Below are positions 50,258 through 60,702 of a stretch of 64,000 bases of DNA, one piece after another. The notes below the pieces were generated by a model that ran no database searches, had not been told where the DNA came from, and was given only the letters and a program-made list of their open reading frames with translations. Each line of letters opens with the position of its first letter. Position 1 is the first letter of the stretch. Source of the stretch: Paragordius varius (taxonomy: Eukaryota > Animalia > Nematomorpha); assembly GCA_964247055.1 (NCBI GenBank), contig OZ176053.1, forward strand, positions 8,060,001 to 8,124,000. Reading direction: 5' to 3'. The translations under genes and the position numbers were made by a program.

Positions 50258-51545
50258 TCATTGAATGATAAATCCACCCCCTGCATATTCGGAAGGCTAA
50301 GAATAACAATATAATGTAGCAAATTTTTTATACGATTTATCGTGTGAATAAGATTTAATATAGCAAAAAATTAAAATTATAAACACAAGACATATAAAGT
50401 AAAAGAAAAACGGTTTTTTGATAAAAAAAATTATATTTTTGAACCTTGGTATTTTCTTAACTGGTTTCAAGGTTTAGAGAATATGGTTTTCTTTGTATAA
50501 ATATATTTATAAATGTTTTACCTAATGTTTTGTTTTTAAAATTTGAAAAAGAAATCACAAAATTAAAATCATAGTTAAAAAAATAATAAGATATATATAT
50601 ATATATATATATATATACCGGAGGAACTTGAATAAAAGATAACCAATCCGACGGATGAGTAGGGAGTAAGCCCATAGCAGCACATTTATAAAGCGCTAAG
50701 AGAATATTACCGATATTTCCAAGGAAATATACAAATTTCTGTATTCCAGCTTGATCGCCTTCAATCAACTTGAATGCTATTTTGTAGATATTAAAAATTT
50801 AATAATATTATTTAAAAATAATAAATATATCATTCAAGTCGTTTTTAACCATTTTATTAATCATTACTCATAAATGAAGCTTGTGTGAGTTTGACATATA
50901 ATATGTTTTAAGGTCATAATTATTTAACAAATAAAATAATAATCCGTGTATGGTTGAATATTATATTAAAAATTGACAATATTTGTTTTTATTATATTCT
51001 TTGTATTTATATTTCCATAAAATTATATGTAAAAATCTTAAAAAAACCGAAACGTTATAAAAATATATTTATGCCAACTTTACCTCGAAATTTAGCATTT
51101 TATAAAAATCAAATATAATCAAAAAAATAATCTTTTCAAAAGTAAAACTTGATTTTATGGTTAAGATGGATTTGATTGGTCCAATCAAAAGCATACCAAC
51201 AACCATAATGGGGAAAAGACTTATAGAGTTACCAGACATGTACATGATAACCATATTCATAGGTATCTTTTTGGCAGATCCCAAAGCAATTTCCCATGAT
51301 CTCTATCATATTAAAATATTTATTTTACTTTTACAATCAAAGCTGGATCAATGTCCTTACTAGCAGCATCTTGTGAAAAGTTTTGTAAAGAAGTATAGCC
51401 AGGCGGATTTATATCCAAAATGTTAGGATTTGCAACTTGTTTATTGCTATCTTTAAAGGATCTAAAAATTTATAATGACAATTAACTTTGTATCGATGAA
51501 CCATTTATGCCTTTTGAGAGTTTTGGGATTTAGCGAGGTCGTCAT
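50258..51545 (-). CDS. EMC4: ER membrane protein complex subunit 4 (TMEM85), 5 exons
   Basis: MTTSLNPKTLKRHKWFID...PPGY...DPALIVK/RSWEIALGSAKKIPMNMVIMYMSGNSISLFPIM...FVYFLGNI...LALYKCAAMGLLPTHPSDWLSF.QVPP/PSEYAGGG. Introns of 25 nt (51462-51486) and 26 nt (51303-51328). Confidence 0.96.
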
Positions 51546-51573
51546 ATGTTAACAAGCGTGTAATATAAAAGGC

Positions 51574-54500
51574 ATGGACCAAGATACATTGGAAGAATGC
51601 TTAACAAAATTTGGTACTCGGGGACTTTTCGCGATTCGGTCGAAATCGTCTGCCTTTTGGATATTAGAAGAACACACCAGAACCATCAAATACATATTAT
51701 ATATTTATACTTTAGGGATATGGATGATTCCTTATTTGTAAAGAGTGCAATCCAAAGAGGCTTATTACCCTGATGAAGTTTTTCGATACTCGGAAATGAA
51801 TTTTTTTATAATAAAAGTTGAGTCACTGGTAAAACTTCAGTTGTTTAGGGGAACAGTACCTATGCCACAGGAAAATCAAAGATAAGTACTTTTTTCTACT
51901 AAATTATATTTTTAATAATCTTTTAATCATATATTCTTATAAATTTTATTTGGGTTATCGTCTGCTCGGTTAAATCATAATTGTTTTTTGTCGTTAACGT
52001 TTCATTTAATTAAAAAAATTGTCACTTATCAACAACTCTATTAATATCAAACCTCTGTTCCAAAAATCAAACAATAATGTCCTTTCCAAAGCGCAGGTTA
52101 TGTACGGTATTATTTTTTTTTTAATTCCTTTTTATTTCTAATATAATAATTTAATAACACTAACCTACAGTAAAAAACTTATCATTATAGTATTTTAATA
52201 TATATATATATATATATATAAACATTTGCAATCATAAAAATTTATTAGAAAAAGTTTTAAAAGGTTATTTCCAAATACTTATATAGCTCACGGTACTCTG
52301 ACAATTGGTTCACCAATTGTACAAAGGGGTGCACCCCGTGTTATTGTCATTGTCATTGTCAAAATTTGGTACTCGGGATTTTATTATGGAAAATGATGTG
52401 ATAACAACGCTGAAAAAGTTTTCTGAAATAGGTGGAGATTTGAATCAAGCTTTTGATCTATTAAGTGATAACTACACCGGTATCGCACAAATGTGTAATT
52501 TATTAATGGACCTTTTAATTTGTACAGGTGTAGAAAATTTGTAAATATAAAGGGATGGCCGAGGAAAACGTTACGTTATTAGTCGAAAATCATTTCATTG
52601 AATTAATGATGAAAAGATTCGACCCTGGCGTAGCCGATAAAAGTTTTATGAACGATGAAATAAATATACTTTCCTGGTTACCCGAAATGATAACTCATCA
52701 ATCATGGCGTAACCTTGTATATAGACTCTCTGAGCAATACCATGATTGTGTCTTTTTGAATTTTGCTATTAAAGTAATAAACAGGTTTTTCATTTAAAAA
52801 ACCATTTTTAATTTATTCAAACGTTTTTCGTCATTAATTTTTTATTTGGAATTTGAAAACCGTTTTGATTGATTGAGAAAGCGTTTTTTATCATATTGTA
52901 AAAATGTATTTCATATTTAGCTAATATCCGACGCTGGTTATCAACATGAGATAACAAGCATATCCACAGCGTCTCAACAAATAGAAATATTTTCTAAAGT
53001 CATAAACACTCTTCTTTTGTCAATATTGGAAATGGATAACGAAAATGAAATTGTCAACAAGTTGGTGGAAATTAAAGTATTTTATAGTTATTAAAACAAA
53101 AAATTTAAAATTAGAGATATATTAAGGAAATTTAGTATTCGGTAAGGAACGAACCCGAATTTATCATAAACAATTTTTAAAATAATAATTTTATAAGGCA
53201 TAAGATAGAACATAAAAGGAGTATAAGGAAGGGGAATACCACATCATTGGTTTTTTAAATAATTGAAATAAATTTAATGTTATTTAAATTACTGTAGAAG
53301 CTTATTTGCCACAATGAACAAACATACACCTATACACTGAGTTTATTACAAAATTTATATGAAAAATTTCCGCAAAATCTCTTATTGAAACGAATTGCCC
53401 AAGTTATTTTTAACATACACATTATAACTTTTTTATATTTAGGGAAACACATTATTTATATATATTTCTTTATTGGCTCTTAATATTAATAACAGCCATA
53501 TAATTTTTAAATATTAAGGAATCTCAAGTTTATGCCAATTCACTAAATTTGGATTCGGCTTATATCGATTCCGCAATACAAAAATTTAATTTGCCCGAAA
53601 TTCAAATCGCCATAACTTCTATGCTAACCAAAAAATCTTTAAACCCAGCCGATGTTACCTTGGTAATTTTTGTTGCTTTAATTTAAATTTTCATAATAAC
53701 TTTATGAAAATAATTGTACCTATTTCATTTCATTAGATTTATAAAAATATAACGAAACCGGACCCTGTCCCAATCGAGATTGTTAGAAATCCCATTTTAC
53801 TAGGTATAAATTTTATGTAATATAATTTTTTAAAATTATGATGTTTAAAATAAAAAAATCGATACTAAGACACCTTCATTTGCATCTTTAAGGGAATGAT
53901 ACGTTTAATTTGGATTTAGTTGATAGAGAACTTATGATAAAATCGCAAATTTATAAAAAGAAAGTCAATACTGAATGTTATTATTGTATTGCTAATTTTT
54001 ATCGAAAAATTGACTATTAAAACCTATTTGAAAAAATATATATTTATATTTCCATGTTATATAAAAATATTAGCTAAATTTTGTTATTTGATTCATTTTT
54101 TATCATTTTTAGCGATAAGAACACTGTTTTTGGTAATTTTAAAATTAATATTAGCTTTTGTTGCTGAATTTTAGATATGTTAGTAGAAGCCTTGTTTAAA
54201 CCACAATCTATTTTGAATCCTGATCACAAACACAAATATATCTATGTTTTAGCATATGGTTGTAGTGTTTTTGAGGTAAATAATTCTCACATATATTTTT
54301 ATACTCTATTCAATAGGCTTTTTTACATATTGGTAATTTTCTAACAACTTTTTATCACGTCATATTATTTCAATAATATATATACAAAAGCCCTACTTAT
54401 AAAGGCCATGATTCTTCTAAAATATGCGAGATTTTGAAAAAATATATATATATGCAAGCTTTTTTGCTAAAAAACATAATTTATATTTAATTTTCTTGAT

Positions 54501-57247
54501 TGAAAATATACCCAATGTTATTTTAATAAAAGGTAAAAATTGTTTTTGGTTTATTATATTTACTAGAACAGGGGTGTTCAACACAAATGTCCCGGGCCAC
54601 ATTTTTGACTCTAAAAACTCCGACCGGGGCCGCATTTATTTTATGGGCAGTAATAAATATTTTATTAGATTTCAAACATAAGATTGCAAAATGTAAAATT
54701 AATATAACATTTTTTTTCTATTTCGTTGCCAATTAGATAGACTTATTTGGAAACTTGTTAAATAAATATTAATTTTTGAGTATTTTTGCGCGGACCGCGT
54801 CTTGGACACTACTGTACTAGAGGGTCATTTATAATAGCGGTTAATTAAATTAAAACTAGATTGGTTAATTTACTGAAAAGTGCAGCATAATCAGCCTGTT
54901 TAAAAAAGTTTATATAATGATTTATATAACATCTGACACATCTTTATATCAGCAGTTAATATGTATAAAAGGTTTTTTGAAAACTTAATTTCAAAAAACT
55001 TTTTAATTTATGCAGATTTATTAAATATTTTGATGATAGATTATGGATTCTTCTCAAACTGTTAAAGTGTACAAAGATGAATTAAAAACTTTGGTTCAAG
55101 CGATCGAAAAAGCTCATAACATTTGTGCTAGTTGTACCAGTTCCTCTGACATCATATTTGAACTTTCATCGCTTTTTTTCTTGCTCAGGTTTGTTTTACC
55201 TAATATAATTATCTCTTTTTATAACAAAAATTTCAAAACCTTATCCATCAATTATTAGTGATATATGATGTAAATAAGGCCAACAAAATCCTATTGCCAT
55301 TTCCCCGCGGTGTTGACTGGGCCATGAAAATGCGCTAACGGCAAAGTCCAGTTTTGTAAAATCATTAGTTGTACACAAGGGCATGTTTTACGTAAAAATT
55401 CTTGTCAGATTACTACGAAATATAAATATTAGGAATATGCATTACTTCGTGGTACGAAAACTCGGAATCCGGTGTCCACCCTTGATGACTAATAAAACAT
55501 GAGTAATCAATGATGATATATTATATTTTTAAAATTCTTGATATCGATAATTTTTGGGTAACTTTTAAAATGAATATATACTTTAATTTGAACATTTTAA
55601 TTTCAGTCTGTCGATTCGAATTGGGGTAGTTGGATACCCCAAAGCCTGTTTAAAATTAAATACTTCAAAAAATATGGAATGAAAAGAAACCACGGCAAAG
55701 GTTTGCACTTATATAACATTAATGAATCGGAATAAAAAATCTCAAAAATACTTGATATTAATTATTTTAAAGTATAACCCAAAGGTAAAAATTTAGTCAA
55801 CATGACATGTGTTCAATAAATAATTCGAAATAAACCACTTTTTTAATTTCTATCAATAGACGTGATTCACTAATGCAAATAAAATATTTTTAAAAATTTA
55901 ATTTGGTCAAGTAAAATAACATGAAAGGTTTTTTGATATATTTTAACCAAAAAGGTATCCAATTATTTCGCTGGGTGTATTTATCTGGGTTAAACACATG
56001 TTACAAGAACCAAACTATTTTAATCAAACTGATCATTGGAACGGTTTTCATTTAACGTTGATTGATGAGATTGCAACGTGTCACCCCTCACTCCATGACA
56101 GAATTTTGCAATTGTTAATTCAACTCATACAAAAACCGTATGGAGATTTGGATGTTTTGGTTCAGGTATGGTAAATAGAGTAATTACACTTGACAACAAT
56201 TTTGTAAGTCGATCTATAATGTATGAACATTCATTTTTCTAAATGACTTTTAATTTCGGTTTATAAAGGAAAATCGGTCATAAACTGAAAGTTGATCGCT
56301 TTTCCAAAGATAATGAATGAACAATCAAATCTTTTCAGGCGTAATGATGATATTTTTATTTATTACATTATAAATATTTTTTAAATCTCTGTTTTTTCTT
56401 AATAAAAGGCATTATACATTCAGCATTTTTACAATTATAGAACGGCTAAAAAACAAGATTTATGATATATAAATGTTAAAAGGAATTTATCTCAATATTT
56501 TTTTATTAAATAGTGCTAGCCTTGTATAATTTATTTTTTTAAAAATCTCTCTTAATAAAATTTTTTCTCAAAACACACAATGAAGACCAATTTTGAGAAC
56601 TATTAAAGATTTTTATTAAATATTAGTTGGAGTTAAAAAAATGCTTATTTGAACGCATGGTCCATCTATTTTCCCGTGGATATGTCATGCCAATATTGGA
56701 TTACGTCAAGAAATGCTGGAAAAGACAGGATACCGATGTTTCTCTAATCCGACATTTTGTATTGGAAGTATTAAATTTTGTTTAGTATTTTTAATATATT
56801 GTTATGAATTTATGATGTCAAATTTCCGTTTACTATCAAGGAAGCTTATTTTTTTGGTATCTTATAATGCAAGGTATTTTATAGCAAAAGAATTCATTTA
56901 CCCCAAAAATATTACAATAAATCATTTTCCAAATTGTTTAAAATGACTAATATTATTTACATTAGGCAAAGTTAAAATATTGGTATATATATTAATGTTA
57001 AAAAAAAGATATTAGATATGATCTCACCTCCCTATCATCCAGAATTCGTTGATGCATTTTTATCCATCATTAAAAACAAGGAAATCACTGGTTCAATCAC
57101 TAATGAAGATCGCTCCGATTTAGTTTCCCATTTTTTAGGTTTTTTTGCAATGATAATAAAATTTTTTGATGGTAGGTTTATATATATATATATATTTTAT
57201 ATATATTAGATTATTGTGAAAAGGAGCATGTTGGAGGTGAATCTTAA
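51574..57247 (+). CDS. NELFCD: Negative elongation factor C/D; first coding exon interrupted by an insertion
   Basis: [16 protein letters not shown] (51574) plus [15 protein letters not shown]...[16 protein letters not shown]; FDPGVAD; [43 protein letters not shown]; LNPADV; [11 protein letters not shown]; YPIISLG; [10 protein letters not shown]; [20 protein letters not shown]; [12 protein letters not shown]; ISPPY. All downstream introns traced in phase. Confidence 0.95.
51605..52377 (+). mobile_element. 737-bp insertion (51623-52359) between perfect 18-bp direct repeats, probably a retro-type insertion
   Basis: CAAAATTTGGTACTCGGG at 51605-51622 and 52360-52377. The 3' end has two hairpins (ACAATTGG-ttca-CCAATTGT; GGGGTGCACCCC) and an (ATTGTC)3 tail. 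Confidence 0.85.
54569..54814. mobile_element. Charlie/hAT-type MITE (246 bp) in a NELFCD intron
   Basis: TIRs CAGGGGTGTTCAAC / CTTGGACACTACTG; 8-bp TSD tactagaa / tactagag with the CTAG core typical of Charlie. Confidence 0.85.
55611..55860. mobile_element. Partial copy of the MITE at 5384-5938 in a NELFCD intron
   Basis: tcgattcgaattggggtagttggatacccc...gcctgtttaaaatt...tttgcacttatataacattaat...aaaggtaaaaattt...aaataaaccacttttt aligns to the reverse complement of ~5695-5930. Confidence 0.8.
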
Positions 57248-59265
57248 TATCTATTTAATATAATTAAATAAATTATTTATTATACCAATATATAATTTGG
57301 GATTTTTTCGTTTATAACTGACACATAAAGTTTTAAAATTATCCGACTAACAAATTTTGAATATATAGCACTTAAAAATCACTCTTTAAAAATTATTAAA
57401 TTTAGGTTAGCTAAGCGTCTCAAAAAAATAATGCACACCTCAATCTTAAATTTGTTAAAAAGTTTATCGATTATTTAATAAAGCATAACATTATGTGTGC
57501 GCTTTCTATATTAATTTTTTGAAGAACTTTTTGGATATACAACTCATTATATATATTAAATTTTGAAAGTTGCGCAGTTATCAAACGGAGTTAAATCTTA
57601 AACACTTTAAAAAAATAAATGATTCATGCGCATTTGACACAGTTTATGACAAGTTTCCCAGATCATTAAATGGCTACAGTTCCTTTTATACATAAAGTTT
57701 TTTTAGCTAAAAATGTAACAAAAATATATCAGAGTTGTTGATTAAATTACGAAATATAAATGCTGTTTTAGTATACAAAATAAATTTTAAAAAATGGTAC
57801 ACCTAGCTTATTTATTTTTTCATCGTACGGAATGTTTTGGAAAAATTATAATCATTTTTTTTCTCAATGGAAAACGGTTAATGGTGTGATCAATTCCTCA
57901 ATATAAATTTAGAAATGTACGTTTGTATATAGAGAGGAACCAGCTTAATCGACATTGATGGACTTGTATCGAGCATCTTAATATGATTTATTTAAACTAA
58001 AGTTATTTTTACCGGTTAAGAAATAATTTCCGGTTCAATAACTCAAGAATGCAAACAGTGGTCGCAACAGCTATTATTACTGCAATAAAATATATTTTAT
58101 AACCAAGTCAAACAAAATATCTTGGTTTTAATAGTTTCACATTTGATAAAATTTTAAAACAAATCATCAATATATGTTTTAATATTTTTGGATATTTTCC
58201 TAATCCGAGAATCAATTACATTTTATCAGTTGTTTGAACCGTGTTTTTTAGAAAAAAACGGTCAAGTGTGATAAAACACATGGCAAAAAGAGTTAATATT
58301 ACGATAACCGATACGTTGCTAAGTTGGTAAAAAATACTAGAGTATGATGACCCCCTCCCTCTAGCTGAAGAAATTTTTTGATCACCGCTATGAATATAAA
58401 ATAAAATTTAACGATTTAAATTCAAAGTCATTAGGTCAAGAGATCCATTTTTAAAGAGCTATTCTATAGCTAGCTGACGATGAGTTAAAGCTGAAACAAT
58501 TTTTGCCCAAAATCTAATATTTATCTTCATCTATCATTATCTTCTTAAATTTCCTAAATGGGAACCAAAATACATATCTTTATAATAATATATAATAGGC
58601 TTAAATTCAACATTTTAAAGCTCTTAGAAACCTGTTGATTCTGTTAAAGGATTCCTATACAGAATTAAATACGATTAAAAAATTAAATCTATCTGCTTCT
58701 GGAATAAAAACTGTTTTAATATTGATAATTATTGTTATTTTAAAAATTTTCAAATATCTGGATTTTCGGTCTCTATAATAATTGATTAATACCCAATAAT
58801 AACACTTGTAAAACGATATATAACCTTTTATAAATGCTTACACGTATAGAGCTCAAACAATCTTAATAAAGCCATTTGTTCGGTTGCCTTAAATAGAGAG
58901 ATTAGATTGTGTTATAACCTAAAAATCAATCCTCATACGATGCGGTTGCAAGTCGACTATTTTAAAAAATATTTAACAATCGAATCTAATTGGCCACCTA
59001 GGGTCTAGCCCAAAGGACTCACCAAAAAAATTTTAAAGGGCTGCAAAAATATTTATCTTGTCTCGCGCCAAAAAGGCACTTACAGAGGGCGGATTGAGTA
59101 CCACTGGTTTATCCTGTGATATTGTTATCATCAATTAAAAGCTAGACTTGTTTAATTAATTAATATCTTTGAATATGTTTGCCGAAAGTGATTTCAATTA
59201 TAAAGAGTTAATTGAAAAACACATACTAGTCCAAATAATAATATTATATATAAATATTATTAAAG

Positions 59266-59540
59266 CAGTGGTTCCTAAAAGGGGGCAACACCCTAGGGGG
59301 GGCGCAAATTCGGAGAAATAACAAAAACAAATTGAAGATTAGTTAGGATCTCAGGTCTAAATTATCACGATTCGTCCCCGATAAAGAAAAAATATTCCAA
59401 CAATTGCAGATACAAGGATCTCATTGATTATAATTATAATATTATGATAAAAATTTTGATTTTAATCTTTGTTTTTTGGGGAGAAAGGTAAATTTTTTTT
59501 CAATTTAGTGGGACGTGAACAAAAAAGTTAATGTGCGCTT
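59266..59540. mobile_element. Degenerate hAT-type MITE relic
   Basis: Starts CAGTGGTTCCTAAA-GGGGGC...CCCTAGGGGGGGCGC; a gtgggacgtgaacaaaaaagtt end-like motif lies near 59505-59530. No TSD. Confidence 0.4.
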
Positions 59541-60702
59541 AACATAATTTAATTTATTCTAAAAAATGAACGACACTTCCAAAATATGCTTCATATGTCA
59601 CCATTATTATACCTATGATTTTGATATACCAATAGGTATTTAAATTAAATATAGAAAAACAGCACTGATCTAAAATACGATTTACTCACAAAGCTTATTT
59701 ATATAACAAGATTATGTTCAAAACAATGCAAAAATTCTAAATTTTAAATTTATCGTTGGGCATTTATTTATCTATAAAATCGTTGTCCAGACTTCTTCTT
59801 CGAAAACCATACCATATGCCCATCCAAGCAAAACAGAAATAAAAAATTCGCATAAAGCAGCAGTTAAATTTTGTGAGTTAAAAAAGATAAACAATTTTAT
59901 ATTAGTACTAATTTATTGAACGTACAAAAAAATTGCATTCTTTAAGTTATAATTCAATCCATAAAATATATTCTCCCCCACCCCCCTTCCTCATACTCCA
60001 CGTAAGTATAAAATCGATCGATACCGGGTGAATCATAAAATAGCATGCATACCTAATGAAATACATACGCACATAATTACACAAAATCTCGTATATTTAT
60101 ATGTTTTATAAACCAATATTTAAATTAAAATACGTATATTTACTCATGAAAATTAAATAAAAAATGTATTGTTTATCCACCAATTCGGTTTAATGAATGG
60201 AACAATTGAGCAGCTATATTATACATAATTTTGAAATTCCATATATTATTTTAATTTCTACACCACAACTGTGCACTGAGAATTTTGCTTTTATAAGCTT
60301 GTTTAGATAATATGTATTATGATTCAATATACATACATATATATAGTTTTAAAAATTTGTTATATTTTAATGTGCAAAAATACATACATATATAAGTTAG
60401 TATAAAATCTAATCTATCAATCAATAAAAAACGAACAAATAATAAAAATTGTATTTTTTATTCCTAAACCGATATATAATTCCAATTTTTAATCTTTGTT
60501 TTATCAAGCAAGACCCAACAAAAACACCTATTATTTATAGCTTTTCACGCCGGATATTTTCTCAAAAAATATTCGAAGAAAGTATTTTTTTCCAAAATAT
60601 TAATTAAATTAATTTAAATAATTTTTTTATATACCACCCTCATCCTTTTTTTATTTTATATCATTCATAATAGCACAACTATAATATTGAAAATCCCAAA
60701 TC

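Noticed and set aside
58620-58780. LRR-like peptide (IKKLNLSASGIK...KYLDFRSL)
   Set aside because: About 50 codons, no start or supporting exons; explicable by AT bias.
57250-60700. snRNA, spliced-leader RNA, 5S or tRNA genes in the long intergenic stretches (also 1113-7466)
   Set aside because: No U1, U2, U6 or 5S signatures or complete cloverleaf seen by eye; an Infernal scan would be needed to exclude divergent RNAs.
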